Shown here: positions 1-14,514 of the stretch, piece by piece
How positions within the stretch are numbered: position 1 is the first letter of the stretch
Layout of the letters: every line of letters begins with the position of its first letter
Assembly (NCBI RefSeq): GCF_009914755.1
Contig: NC_060938.1
DNA from: the human T2T-CHM13v2.0 reference genome, Homo sapiens
Reading direction: 5' to 3' (one strand)
Length of the DNA: 64,000 nt
Translations under genes and position numbers: made by a program
The notes under the pieces: generated by a model
Databases searched by the model: none
Told to the model about the DNA's origin: nothing
What the model saw: the letters and a program-made list of their open reading frames with translations, nothing else

Positions 1-784
1 CACCTTTGAGACATGTTCTAGGACTGGGACAGTAAGTCTGACTTCTTGTGCAACACTTAAAAAAAACTATAAGTTCAGTAGATTAGTTCCACTATAAATC
101 CATTATTTAATTCATCCTCCTAATTGGATGAATTATTTAATTCATCCATCCTTCCAGGCCTCTGGAAGTTGAACAGGAAAAATCATACTTATCAATCCTG
201 ATTTACAGTTACAGAAGACTTAGGCCCACAAAGCTAAATACCACACATTGACCAACGTACTCAAGATTTACTTCAACAAATTTTTACTGTGTTCTCACTG
301 TGTGCCAGGATTTGGAGACAAGACAATGATGAATTAGCTACATTTCTTAGTCCCTAAGGAGTCAACAAAAAAGCCAAATATAAATCTCTGTATTTTATAT
401 ACCTCTAACTATTTCAGGAATATGAACAGACTTTTAAGACTTTAACTCTGTTAACTGACCCAAAGTTAGATTCAATGACTTTGCATCTTCTTTCAAGGAA
501 AACCACTTACCCCAGCCAAAAAGAAGTCTTGTCTGTCAGAGAGAATAAAATACCCATAAAACTCTTCCCATAGGACAAGTCACAAATAATAAATTAGTCA
601 AATCTAAATAGAGAAAAATCAAAAGCCATTCAATACTTTTATAATTATATATAAACTGAAAGACAGAAACAATGATATCTTTGATGTATATACCTAGGAC
701 TATCACAAAATACCTTCTGTGGCTCTGCCTATGACAATACCTGCCCCAATGCATCTGAGCAAAATGGGTAATTATAATCCGGAT

Positions 785-997
785 CACAGGTTCTCAACCA
801 GGGGCAATTTTCCCCCCAGGGGACAATGTCTGGAGACATTTTTGGTTGCCTGGAGGATAACTTAGGATGATATTACCGGCTTCTAGTAGGAAGAGGCTAG
901 GGATACTGCTAACCATCTTATAATGCATAGGACAGCTCCACACAACAAAGAACTATCTAGCCAAAATGTTAACAATGATAAGGATGGGAAACCATGG
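785..997 (+). mobile_element. MER20 (hAT-Charlie MITE)
   Basis: CAGGTTCTCAACCAGGGGCAATTTT...GGAGACATTTTTGGTTG...GCTAGGGATACTGCTAA...GGACAGC pattern. Confidence 0.75.
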
Positions 998-2117
998 TCT
1001 AGGTGCTTACATGTTGGCTAGAGGTCTTTGTTCTGGGTCTTCTAAGGTCCATGAAGATAGGCTTTGTTGCTAAACACAACCTGAAGAAAATCACCTTTCC
1101 CTCAGCCTCTGGTTTCTGGAAATAAAGCCTAGTAAACTATTAATATCACCTTCACTGCATGCTCTATTATTCAACAAAACAAGAATTACATGCATAAGAA
1201 GTTGACAAAGGATAGGAAATCAACAAAAGCAAAGAAAGAAGGAAAAAAGGAAGAGAGGGAGAGACTTGATTGTCATTTCCACAGCCAGACAAAGCTAAAT
1301 CAACCATTCTGTATATCTGTTCTATTGAGAGTCTGATCGCCTATAGAAACTGTTTCTTCCCACCCAAGAAACAAATTCCCTGCAGTGCCATACAGGTATA
1401 TACAAATTAAGTCATTCAGGTACTGTGGGCACCCCAAGGAGACATCACTGAGGCCACCTAGTGGTCTCCAGTATGGATCTCAGCTAAGTAGGCCCTAAGA
1501 CTCCAACATGAGTATAAATTCTGAATTTGGATATATAGTCTCTATTTATAAGAGAGGAAATCTCTAGTTCAGAAAACTTAAAAGAACATTCTCATCTATC
1601 TACACGCAAGACAATTCAACAGGCATTTATTCGGCTCCTATTACATCTACTAATCCTTAAACTATGACATTAGGAAGCCTCTAGCAACCCCCATCTAAGG
1701 AGAAAAATCCTAGCTTTTACTTCAAAAAGCGAGGTCTTGCCAGTTTCTCAAAGAAATTTTTCTTTTATGCCTCTTTTATATTTCTTTTATGCCAAAAATA
1801 ACTCTAAAGAGGTGGGGTACAGCATATAAGAATTTTAAGTCAAAATTTGACATAGTTGACCCAAAGATAAGAACACTAAACATTAGCGAGAGACTAAGGT
1901 TTTTCTTTTTCCCAATCTATATGTGAAATAGCAATAAGATTTGTTGTGCTTGAGAATAAAAAATTCTATTTGTTTATTTGATCAGTCTTTCCTTAGATTT
2001 GTCTTTCTTCCCATTTGTCTTTCCTCGGCTTGGTGACCCAGATTAGCCCAACTGGTCACTGACACTTCAGAACTTCTATGGTTAAGACAGAAAGGTGCAA
2101 GAAGGCCAAGTATATTC

Positions 2118-2219
2118 TTAAACTGCCAGCTTTAAGTCAACATCAGCATCTCCATTCCTGGTGAGACTCAGAAAAGGCTGGAAACTCACAGCTTGGGCTC
2201 TCCATTTCCAGTTGTGATG
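2118..2219 (-). CDS. DCAF5: DCAF5 alternative terminal exon in intron 6 (coding part), short isoform
   Basis: Branch CTGAC, long pyrimidine tract TCTTTTTCTTTTTACTGCCAG|. Phase-0 ORF HHNWKWRAQAVSFQPFLSLTRNGDADVDLKLAV*. Minus-strand AATAAA at 1973-1978. Gives about 326 aa, the length I recall for an annotated short isoform (not verified). Confidence 0.75.
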   Translation of the reverse strand, partial: HHNWKWRAQAVSFQPFLSLTRNGDADVDLKLAV

Positions 2220-2736
2220 CTGGCAGTAAAAAGAAAAAGAGTCAGCATCTGGCTCCCTCTCAAACAAAGCTGCTTACCCCATTTCATCCAAGAAAAAGAT
2301 GGCATCCCAAGAGGCCATTCAAGATACATGTCTCTTGGATGGTACTTAGGGTGTTTCATTCATCATTGTGTTTTATTGGTTTCTTTTTTTTAATGTCTCT
2401 CTCACCAGCAGGCTAATTTTCCATGGATTCCCTCTCCTTTCTTCTGAAATGGCACATTCTTAGAATCTTAAAATCTGTTCACAAACTTGGCAGAGCTAGG
2501 TGGCTCAGAACCATATCGTGGCCAGCCTTGGTTTATGGTGTGTGCCTTGTATTTACCCATTGACAGCCTTGATAAAGAAACTCACTATTATTAAGTCAGA
2601 ACATCTCCAGGCACTCACTGTTTCCCCTTAATTGTTTCTACCTGACATAATGGTAATGAGAAATAAAGACCAGTATAGAAAGAACAATCAGAAAGAAAAG
2701 CATAAGTGTGAGATGCAGGAGGCAGACAGCATTTAC

Positions 2737-2950
2737 CTGGTCACGATCTCCTGCAAAACAGCAGCTTTTCATGGTGCATGAGTTGAAGTAACCCTGATTG
2801 TCAAACTGAAACACAGGCAGGCGGGAATGGATGTCATAGAGCACAGGGGGCAGGCGTCGCCTCAGGGCCAGGAGCTGGGTCCCGTTGCTGTTGAATCGTA
2901 CACTCATGGCACTTTGGAGGGACAGGTTTCCACCATAGCGCAGGAGAGAA
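2737..2950 (-). CDS. DCAF5: DCAF5 exon 6 (214 nt)
   Basis: Acceptor TGCCTTCCAG|TT, donor CCAG|GTAAAT. Encodes SLLRYGGNLSLQSAMSVRFNSNGTQLLALRRRLPPVLYDIHSRLPVFQFDNQGYFNSCTMKSCCFAGDRDQ; phase 2/0. Confidence 0.97.
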
Positions 2951-3397
2951 CTGGAAGGCACAAGGCACAGGAATCAGGCATGAGATAGGCTAAACAAGAG
3001 TCTGAAAAACACATGTTTGCCTACGACCTCCTGTCAAGCTTGCATAGCTGAATTTCAGCAAAAGGATATTTCTGTGCAGTGGCTAGAATAATGAGGGTAG
3101 CAACGCTTCCTTCGTTACTTTAAAACAAGTTACTTCAATTGTCAGTTCTCTTGCTCAGTCTCCAAAAGATGAATTACCAGTAAAGTTACAAGAAAAGGAT
3201 AACAAAAACATCTTGAAAGAAGAGACATATTAAAATAATGATTTTCTTTACCCAAGCTAACTGCACAACCAAAAGCATACTCGTCAAGACCCTGAGAAGT
3301 GGGTTGTATCCACTCTAACTGGGTAGTCATGGACAGTGTTTAAGCAATATAGTCATCCTTCATATTAGAGATACAAGAACCATCAGTAAAAACAATA

Positions 3398-3722
<325 letters not shown>

Positions 3723-5804
3723 TCAATCATAATCATTTCATTACTTAATTTTGAATTTTTAATCTGTTCACAAAGAATTTTTATATTCTATATAGCATGA
3801 TAATAAGTATTAAAGACAATTCTTAAATTTAAATGCAGAGCAAGCAGTGCAACAATTAGAAAATGAAAATGACTTGTTTTCCTTTACAATTCCCCACAAG
3901 TTTATATGTAGCTTTAAAATATACTTTGGTTAATATATAGAACTTCATTTATCTAGTTTCACTAAAGAGTACTATGTTCTGGTTCACCTAATATTCTTCT
4001 GCAGTTTCATAAGATTCACATTTTTTAAAAAGTTTCACACAGTATGGTTCTAAATAATTTCTTTTGATGACTCAGAAGGTACTTTCAACATTATAGTGAA
4101 CCAGGATGGCCATGAACATTAACAAGTATATACAGTACTAATTTTTAAAGGTTGTTGGGGGTGGTAAGTGTGATCTTTCAGGCAGTAAAGATCACTATTT
4201 TATTACAGAGGGATGACTGCTCATAGTCCATGTCAAAACCAAGTTTTATTTTGTATGTTGGGTTAATTTTTGGAGCACTGAATTACTGGCAGGAAAGTGA
4301 AGTATATATGTTGGGGACACTGTAGACACAAGTGCCACATCAGAACTCACTCTGTCTCATGCAGACATTATTGTCATGGATAGGTAGTGATCCCAGTAGT
4401 TTTAGAGAAAAAAGTTTATAAATTCTGGAGAATCACAGACCTGAAAAGGGCCTCAAGATGCCTAAATTAGAGCCTAACAGATTTATCTGAAACATTTTAA
4501 AGAAGTTTTAATCGCATTGTACCAAGTGAAAAAAGAGCTATATATTACCAGAAGAGAGTTAATATTGAAGGAAGATAACACATTTTCTTTTTTTGCCAAG
4601 AGAATGGTGGGGAAAATTAAGTGGACAAGAAAAGAGCTATCCTATCCTATGGGAAGGGAAGCCCTGAAACCACAGTACAAAGGCAGCTGCCAACCTAGCT
4701 TGGTCACAAAAACAGCCTGTACCAACACCAGCCCCAGTCAGTCCTGTGTCCCCCAAAGCAGTCTTCTCACCAAAGGAAGGAATGCTCTGGTAGTGCAGCT
4801 ATGTGTGGAAACAAGCCTTGGGCAAAACAACCTGTAATCCTTTTAGGATTGGAATGAAAGTAAAGAGGGAAGACTTAGAAAACCCTCCCTAGAATTCCAG
4901 ACATCAAGGAGGGGCCTGGTATCCCTGCAGGCCCCAAGTAGTAATCCCTGCAGAGAAATGCCCTTATAATGGTCCTAAACACAGGCCACACTCTCTTGCA
5001 TACAGAAAATGAATGACAGGATTGTTAGAGACCAGGCATTTCCTTTACAGGGTGCTGTGGCTGCGACAGGCATGTGGTGTTATCTAAACACTGAACTCAA
5101 AAACAATGAGAGGCTTTCAATCCAACATCAGTATGGAGTGTGCAAATAAACCAGCATTTGTAGGACTGACTAGGAGTTGGGGGTTGGAAACAAGAGTCAA
5201 CAGAAAGAGACTTGGCCAGCCTCACCACCCATAGCAGCAGGGGTTTGCAGCAGCTCAGGCATCCTTGAGAGGAAAGCTAGGGCCTCTGGCAAACACCCTT
5301 TCCATCTGTTAACAGGAACTTCCTCTGCCCATTCTAGTCAGGCCTGTAGAGGAGTCTGCCCAGGACAGGCATGTGGGCCATCCCAACCCCACCCAAGCTC
5401 CCTGACCCACCATCTGCAGTCTGATCACACTATAGGAATTTGGTTGTGGGCTCCAGGATAGTAACTAACTTTTCTCTTGCCTATGCTTCTGGGCAGGGAA
5501 CTCTGACCTCTCACACAAAGAAAGTACAAAGGAATCTCGCTCCTAGAATGCTTAGGGGTGCTATTTAAAGAGCAGCAGCCACCAACACTGAAAACTTCAT
5601 GTTTTGTCACAAAATTCTATTCCTTCCAGAGGGATGAAATGACACCTGAAATCCAGAAAGTAAGTTACATTAACTGTAATTTATCAGCAGGGGTCTACAG
5701 CTGGCCACTCCTGCTGAGAATGATAAGGATGATCTGGTTTGCCGGGAAGGCAAAGCTTGGAAGCAGTCTGCCCTCATAGTCAAGATACAAAGATGATGTC
5801 AAAG

Positions 5805-5998
5805 ATTCTGGCTTCAAGTGTAAGATGCATGAAAAATCATCTAGGACTTTAAAAAATGTAGATTCTCAGGATTCCCACCCCCTGTCCCCCACAATATTCT
5901 AATTCAATCTGGGAAGTGGGCCCAGGTATCTGAATTTAACCAGCAACACCAGTTAATTGTGATACAGGTAGCTTTCAAACCACACTGTGAGAAACATG
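5805..5998. mobile_element. MER5-family hAT MITE, degraded
   Basis: AATCATCTAGG...GTGGGCCCAGG...GTGATACAGG...CACACTGTGAGAAACA. Confidence 0.55.
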
Positions 5999-8602
5999 AT
6001 TCCATTTTGGAATTTGTGGGGTTGGGGGTGGAGAGAAAACAAGGCAGAGAAAAAAGAAATTATCAAAGTCAATGAAAAGCTAACCATACAACATGGCACT
6101 TTTTATGGTCTCATGTCTGTTCGCAGAAGGATCTCCAATTCCTCTTCAGATCAGAGTTATACTCCTGTCCTCAACACATTCCCTGAAGAAGAAATTTCTC
6201 ATTTCCTCTTGAAGAAATGGGGGTGCCTCTATACAAACAAGAATGCCTCAATCCTGACTTGCTTTCTAGACACTTATCTTGATAATGAAAATGCCACTGT
6301 CTCTACTCCTTCAGAGAAGTGGCCACCAATACATTCAAATGAGATGAGCAATATATTGAAAGAACTAGTAAAACATGTTAACAGTGAATTCAAATAAAAA
6401 TATCTTTATAAGAAAAATTAATGAAATACATCTACCCCAACCTATCTTCATCCAAGGATTTGCTATAAAACACAAGAACAGGGTAGGAGGTGATCCAAGG
6501 TGATCCAAAAGACCTAGGGCGAAAAGCAAGAACACCTCAGAACATCAGGAAAACATTCCTCACAAATGTGGTCTCCTGTGGGGTTTATTTTGTTTTGTTT
6601 TGTTTTTTTAAGTACACACACACACACACAAAAACCACTCAATTGGACTTCTTTATTGCTCTGGTGGGGTAAAAAGAACATTTAAAAAAGTACTTAGCCA
6701 AGGCTAAAGCCTGGGAACACAAGAGAAACAGGCCAAGGCTGTTTCCAGGGAAAGTGATTGAGCGTATCACTTCTAGCACAACATAGGGAATTGAAAAAGC
6801 TTCCAAGATCAGGCTCTGTGGACCTAGATTACTATAAATCCATGATTAACTAATCCATCTGATACACCTGGTGGTACCAACAAGATTTTCCAAAGACCAC
6901 TGGCATGAATTTCCTCATTGTTTCCACGTGAAAGCTCTATAAGACCGGTGGAATGCTTGGGGTCGAGGCACTACTATCCTAACTCACAGACATCAGAGCT
7001 GGTGTCGTATCCCAAGTAGAGAGAGAAAAGCAAGGTCCTTTCTATGGGAGAAAGTCTCTCCCCATCACAGTTTCTGATTTAAGGCAGGATGATCTATAAG
7101 GAATATGGGATGTTTTGTATTTCCTATAATACAACCCACAGAATATGACAAATCCTAGAAGATACTAGAACTAGGTAAAAAGTCAGCAAGTTCAGGGAGT
7201 CACAGTCCACACTGGTCGCATTCAAGTATGTTTAGAGTCCCGATAATCCATTAACCATTTATTTTATGTGAGTTGGAAGGGAGATGAAGAACCTGGGCTT
7301 TCTCTTTTGTTTTCCTAATGCACTCCTCAGTCCCAAGACTGAAACCTCCAGAGGGAACCAGAACTGTCGGACAACCAACCCAAGGAAGACACATTGCGAT
7401 CTGTGAATGAACACATTTATTTTCCCCAGAACATGATTCACTGCCACATTTCTCTGGCTTGATATACAGATGAATTCAGTATACTTTTTGAATCTCCATA
7501 AATTTAAGTTTGACTGAAGTTGGCAGAAAGGCTTGACTAAATTTCTGTAAAGAAATCTTTATATAATCAAATGGCATATCCAGCCCTTTCATGAAGCACA
7601 TATGGATGGCGGGCACTGCAGTGTTTCTAATCATTATCTTCCGGAACAGGAACATGCCCAGAGTGGATGTGTTCTAGAGCCCAGAACGCTTCAACTTTTT
7701 TGGCCCACAGGTTCCAAAAGCCCCACAGAACCAATCAAGATCTCAAAGCAAATTAAGAGGCAGTATAATAACAGATTTATTATCATGACTTTCCACAAAA
7801 TAAGGGACTCAACATTTAGTCATTTGAGTTTATCAGATGGCCTGGCTTATTCAAAAACGCCCTCTACCCAAAAGCTGGTGAAATAACAATTTTCATAAAT
7901 AGCCATTTAATCTTCACCTTACATAGTATCAGCCCTGACCTCACAGTGCATAAAACTGGGAAGAGTTCAATGAATAGTCGTTGGCAAGAAGGAAAAAAGC
8001 AAGGGGAAGGAGGGAGACTGAGATGGCAGTTGCTACAGCAACAGTAACAGTGCAGAAGGAGGGGGTGGGAGGATATGCAGGTAAACAGGCAGTCTCTGAT
8101 GGCAAGACAAGAAGTTGGGGTGGATGCACTGAGTATTAGGTGACAAGGCCACAAAGCTAGAGGAATGCTGAAGAGGAAAGAAGAAAAGTCTGGAAAAAAA
8201 TCCTAAGCAGAAGAGGGTTTGAAAAGAAAAATCATGATTTAGTACTTTCTAAAAAGAACTCTTATGCAAACAATTGAAAACAAGAGAAGAGAGAAAGGTC
8301 AAGGAAAGAATCCTTTCCTCCAACTGCTGACTGATGAGACACGATTACAGGAAAACAGCTTGTTTCATACAGGAGCCACTCATTGAGAACATGTCCAAAA
8401 ACCAAAATCACCTCTAGTTGGCAATAATATGAATGCCTCAGAACAATAGCTTTAAAATTTTTTTATAGTAACCCTTCATAATTTTATACTGCATCCTCGT
8501 ACACCCACATTAATTTAGCATAAATTCATTAAACAATAATTAGCACCTACTATATGCAATGTACTTTCTATTCTATATTTTTTATTTAAGAAATACTTGT
8601 GA

Positions 8603-8951
<349 letters not shown>

Positions 8952-8969
8952 ACCCACTGGATTATTGAA

Positions 8970-9625
8970 AGAGCTTCCTAGCTTGTCTCTGCTTTCATTT
9001 TTGGCCCATGCTTCAGTTTATCCTTAACAAAGCAGCCAGAGGAGATGCTGAACCATGAATCTAATCCTATCATTCCTTTGCTGAAAACCCTCCAGCGGCT
9101 CCCCATTTCAACTAGAGTAAAAACCAAATTCCTTATAATGCCAGCAAGGCCCTAGACAATACCCCCTACCCTCATCCTTTATGTCTGTGACCCCACCTCC
9201 TAGGACTCTCTTCTTACCTTATTCAACTTCAACCACATGGTGCCTCTTCACTGCTCCTAGAACATGCCAGGCATGCTTCTGCTGCAGAGCCGTAGTACTT
9301 ACAGATCCTGCAGCCTAGAATGTTCCTCCCTAGGTCTGAGCATAGTTCATTCATTCAGTCTTTATTCAAATATCCTCCTCAATTAGGCCTTTCCTGACAC
9401 CTTATGCAGAAATACAACTTCTCCAATGCTTCCTCCCTGGCCCACTTCATTTTCCTCTACTGCATCAATCACCATCTTACATACCATATATTTTTACATA
9501 TTTATTTTGTTTCCTATTTGTCTTTTCCCACTAGATGATTAGCTTTTACATCTTTTCTTGGTGTATCCCATGCTTAAACGGTGCCAGACAATAATAGGCA
9601 TTTGATAATCAGCTGTTGAATGAAC
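8970..9625 (+). mobile_element. LINE L2 3' fragment
   Basis: AAAACCCTCCAGCGGCTCCCCATT..., ending TGTTGAATGAA. Confidence 0.7.
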
Positions 9626-9667
9626 AATCTAATAGATCATAAGCAGCAGTTTTAAAAACACTGACTT

Positions 9668-9960
9668 GGCCAGGCACGGCGGCTCACGCCTGTAATCCCA
9701 GCACTTTGGGAGGCCGAGACAGGCGGATCACGAGGTCAGGAGATCAAGACCATCCTTGCTAACACGGTGAAACTCTGTCTCTACTAAAAATACAAAAAAA
9801 AAAAAAAAAAAAAAATTAGCCGGGCGTAGTGGCAGGCACCTGTAGTCCCAGCTACTCAGGAGGCTGAGGCAGGAGAATGGCATGAGGAGGCGGAGCTTGT
9901 AGTGAGCCGAGATCACACCACTGCACTCCAGCCTGGCCGACTGAGCGAGACTCTGTCTCC

Positions 9961-9991
<31 letters not shown>

Positions 9992-9996
9992 AAAAG
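9668..9996 (+). mobile_element. AluY-like
   Basis: Y-type AGACCATCCTTGCTAACACGGTG and GGAGCTTG; TSD AAAACACTGACTT. Confidence 0.9.
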
Positions 9997-10036
9997 AAAA
10001 ACACTGACTTAAAACGTTTTTAAAACAAAACTAACA

Positions 10037-10400
<364 letters not shown>

Positions 10401-10728
10401 TCACATGGCTCTTAACATTTGTCTACCCATGAAACCTGATCTCAAGGGGCAAGCAGCAGAACAGCATAAAATCAGATAAACAATAGTAAGCTTGGAGAGC
10501 ATCTGAGTCAAAGTCCTCCTACATAGGTGCATAGGTGGAGATCTGTGGTCCACAGTGATTTATCAATGACCATCCAGGTCTCTACATCTCACATGAAGCC
10601 ATGACGCCACCATACATCCTTTAAGTGAGTTAAATTCATCCATGTGCTAATCATGTAAGGAACCAACAAGATAATTTAACAGGTAAGCAAGTATCTTAAT
10701 TATATCTTAGACTTTAAAGCAAGTTCCT

Positions 10729-11008
10729 GGCTGGGCATGGTGGTTCATGCCTGTAATCCCAACACTTTGGGAGGCCCAAGCAAGAGAATTGCTTGAGCTT
10801 AGGGGTTTGAGGCCAGCCTGGGCAACAAAGTGAAACCCTGTCTCTACAAAAAAAACAATACAAAAATTAGCCGAGCATAGTGGCACATGCCTGTAGTCCC
10901 AGCTACTCAGAAGGCTGAGGTGGGAGGATCAACTGAGCCACTGCACTGCAGCCTGGGTGACAGAATAAGACACTGTCTCAAAGAATAAAATAACATTAAA
11001 AAAAAAAG
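10729..11008 (+). mobile_element. Alu (J-like) with an internal right-arm deletion
   Basis: ...ACTGAGCCACTGCACT... junction lacks about 35 nt of consensus. Confidence 0.85.
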
Positions 11009-13178
11009 TTTCTGATATTTGCAGAAAAGAAGTTCAAAAGGAAAATTATTTAAGCTTTAAAAGGAAGCCAATTACAAGTTAAAAGAAAGTAGATTCATCT
11101 ACCATGTTTCAGAAAGTGACCAGTGAATTCAGCAGGTATTAAATACATGTCCTACCCAATTATGCTCAAAAATAGATAGTGATATACTATACATATTGAT
11201 GGATATATGGATATCAATAGGAAGATACATTAACTAGACTATAGAACTTGGGTCATTTTTATTTTCCTTATAGCTTTCATTTTATTTTCCAAGTTTTTCT
11301 ACAATGAATATAAACTTCTATAATCAGAAGGAAATGTCTTCTCACATATACTCCCTCTTTTAAAAAGGGTCCATGGAAGAAAGCTTTGAGAAAAGTATGA
11401 GAATAGGGAATTTAGAGAGCCTCTTAATGGAAACTTCACATAATAAACTGACCCATAGGATTCTGGTACAAATGCTAAATTTGAAATCCAGTCATTATTT
11501 TAAATCCATATAATAACAGTCAAACAAAAATTTTCAAAGGACTCTGAAATTCAATCTTAGTGTCCCTTACCATCCTTCTCAATGAGGGCAAATAATATCC
11601 CTCCTTTGGTAGATTTCTAGATACAAAAAAAGTTTCCCTTGGTTAGCATTGGACATAGTCACCAAGTTAGGTCTGAAACTACACTCAGTTTTATTTCTTT
11701 CTACAGATCCACCATCCCACTTCCAAAGTATCCATAAACAAATGGGAAAGTTAAGTGATCAGAATAGAAAACAGATTCAAAACACACAAGTATTTTATGC
11801 ATAATCCAGAAATATTAGCAGTGTTCTTGGAAAGTCTTCTACATATGGGCAAATTCATGGGTAAAAGAAGCCAAGATTATTATTGAGAGTATACTAAGAA
11901 GTCCCTATCTAAAATATGTGACTCCCAACACATAAAACATAAGGTCAAACCTGGAATTACAAAATAGAAAGTTCAAACTACAAAGAATTCACTGAAGGGA
12001 TTATATCAACATAGATACCCCTGAAGAAGCAACAAGTTCTTCAGTAAATTTAATTTCCAAAATGTTTTCATGTATATCATATCATCTAATCCTTAAAATA
12101 ATCCTATAAAATAGACAGTGTGGTTAACATCAACCTATGTTACACTGGAGGAGACCAAGGTCCTGAGTAATTATATGACTTGACCCTGACCACACAATCA
12201 AGCCGCCGAAATAGAAGCAAGTTTTTTCTGCTTCTTGGTTCAACAAGATTTCACAGAATATGCTGTGGAGATGGATTATTCCACCTATTAAAAAGAACAG
12301 CATCAGACTGCAATGCATCAGGGCCAGAAGGATTCATCTAAGTCATTCACTTCACACCCTTCCCTACAATTCAGTAATTCATTTATTCATGCATACTTTC
12401 ATTTAAATATTTATTGAATACCTGCTGACTATCTTAGGCACTGTGTCACACACATGGATTCAAAGATGTTACCGTTTCCATGAACAGTGCTGTAATAAGG
12501 GGAAGATGTGCCAAGAGAGGACAGAGGAAGAATAACTGCCCTCTACTGGGGAGACAGGAGTGGGAGTAGTCACAAAAGACTTCCTGGAAGAAAAACCTAA
12601 GCTGACGCAACAGAGAGTCAAAGGTTGACTCAAATTCTTAACTGGCAAAAGAAGATAAATCTGGATATGTTAATACAGTCATGCATCGCTTAATGACAGG
12701 AATATGTTCTACGAAATGTGTTGTTAGGCAATTTTGTTGTGTAAACATTATAGAGAGTATTCACACAAACCTAGAAGGTATAGCCTACTACACACCCCAG
12801 CTATGTGGTATAACCTAGGCTACAAACCTGTACAGCATGTTACTATATGTTATTATATGGAACACCAAATGCCATAGGCAACTGTAACACAATGGGTAAG
12901 TATTTGTGTATCTAAACATTTAAAAGCCACAGTAAAAATACAGTATAAAAGATTTAAAAAAATGGTACACCTGTATAGGGTATCCACCATGAATAGCGCT
13001 TGCAGGACTGGAAGTTGCTCTGGGTGAGTCTGTGAGTGAGTGATGAATGAATGTGAAGGCCTAGGACATTACTGTACACTACCACCATAGACTGTATAAA
13101 TATTACACACAGGCTACGCTACATTTATTTAAAAATATTTTTCTTTCTGCAATAATTAACCTTAGTTTACTATAACTT

Positions 13179-13475
13179 TTTTTTTTTTTTTTTTTGAGAC
13201 AAAGTCTCACTCTGTCACCCAGGCTGGAGTGCAGTGGTGTGATCTCGGTTCACTGCAACCTCCGCCTCCTGAGTTCAAGTGATTCTCCTGCTTCAGCCTC
13301 CTGAGCAGCTGGGATTACAGGCACACGTCACCATGCCCGGCTAATTTTTGTATTTTTAGTAGAGATAGGGTTTCACCATGTTGGCCAGGCTGGTCTCGAA
13401 CTCCCGACCTCAAGTGATCCCTGCCTCAGCCTCCCAAAGTGCTGGGATTACGGGCATGAGCCACCGCGCCCGACC
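13179..13475 (-). mobile_element. Alu (S-like) inside Tigger3
   Basis: TSD TTAGTTTACTATAACTTTT on both sides. Confidence 0.92.
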
Positions 13476-13659
13476 ATTAGTTTACTATAACTTTTTTACT
13501 TTATAAACTTTTTTACTGTTTTAACTTTTTGACTCTTGTTATAATACTTAGCTTAAAACAGGCACATTGTGCAGCTGTACAAAAGCACTTTCCTTCTTTA
13601 TATCCTTATTCTTTTTTTTTTTTTTTACTTTTTAAACTTTTTATTTTGTTAAAAACAAA

Positions 13660-13660
<1 letters not shown>

Positions 13661-13706
<46 letters not shown>
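13661..13706 (+). repeat. (AC)23 microsatellite
   Basis: Perfect run. Confidence 0.95.
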
Positions 13707-13710
<4 letters not shown>

Positions 13711-14514
13711 TAGCCTAGACCTACACAGGGTCAGGCTCATCAATATCACTATCTTCTACCTTCACATCTGTTCTACTAACATCTTCAGGGTCGATAATAC
13801 ACGTGGAACTATCATCTCTTATGATAATGCCTTCTTCTGGAATACCTCCTGAAGGACCTGCCTGAAGCTGCTTTACAGTAAACTTTTTTTAATAAGTAGG
13901 AATATACACTAAAATAACTATAAGAAATACAATACAGTAAACAGGTAAACCAGTAACACAGCTGTTTATTATCAAGTGTTACGTACTGTACATCATCTTA
14001 TGTACTACACTTTTATACGACTGGCAGCACAGTATGTTTGTTTACACCAACGTCACCACAAACACATGAAGAATGTGTTGTGCTACATTATGACAGCTAC
14101 ATTACCAGGTGACAGGAATTTTTCAGCTCCATTATAATCTTATGGGACTTTTGTCATACATGTGGGTCCATTATTGACTGAAACATCATTATGCAGAACA
14201 CACGTGTATATGGACAAATTCTCAACACATACCAATGAGTGAAAAGTCCAGTTGTAGAATGATTATATAGTAGCATACTATTTGTGTGAAAAACATAGAA
14301 GCATATGGAAATAATGCCATATATTTTTCTACGGGTACATGTATAAGCATATAAAAACCAAGAAGAAGTTCTGGAAGCATATATTATAAACTCATAATAC
14401 TCACTACCCCCAGGAGAAAACATGAAGGACCAGGACTAGAAGAGGTAGTCAGAGGGGGCGTTAGCCTGTGGACAGTTTTAAAAGGAGAACATTATTACCT
14501 GTTACTTGTATTTC

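Larger units (their letters stand above)
12676..14206 (+). mobile_element. Tigger3/GOLEM-type TcMar DNA transposon, interrupted by an Alu and (AC)n
   Basis: Start TA|CAGTCATGCATCGCTTAATGACAGG, CACAAACCTAGAAGGTATAGCCTACTACACACC motif, degenerate terminal repeat ending in TA. Confidence 0.85.

Noticed and set aside
536-787. Hydrophobic minus-strand ORF with an internal phase-0 acceptor near 657
   Set aside because: Modest splice signal and AT-rich composition; no independent support.
2066-2100. Additional minus-strand acceptor (TAG|AAG) in intron 6
   Set aside because: Gives an immediate stop and lies in the 3' UTR of the better-supported alternative exon starting at 2219.
14447-14462. Second CTCF-like motif GTCAGAGGGGGCGTT
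   Set aside because: Only the 3' half matches; the CCAS core is missing.
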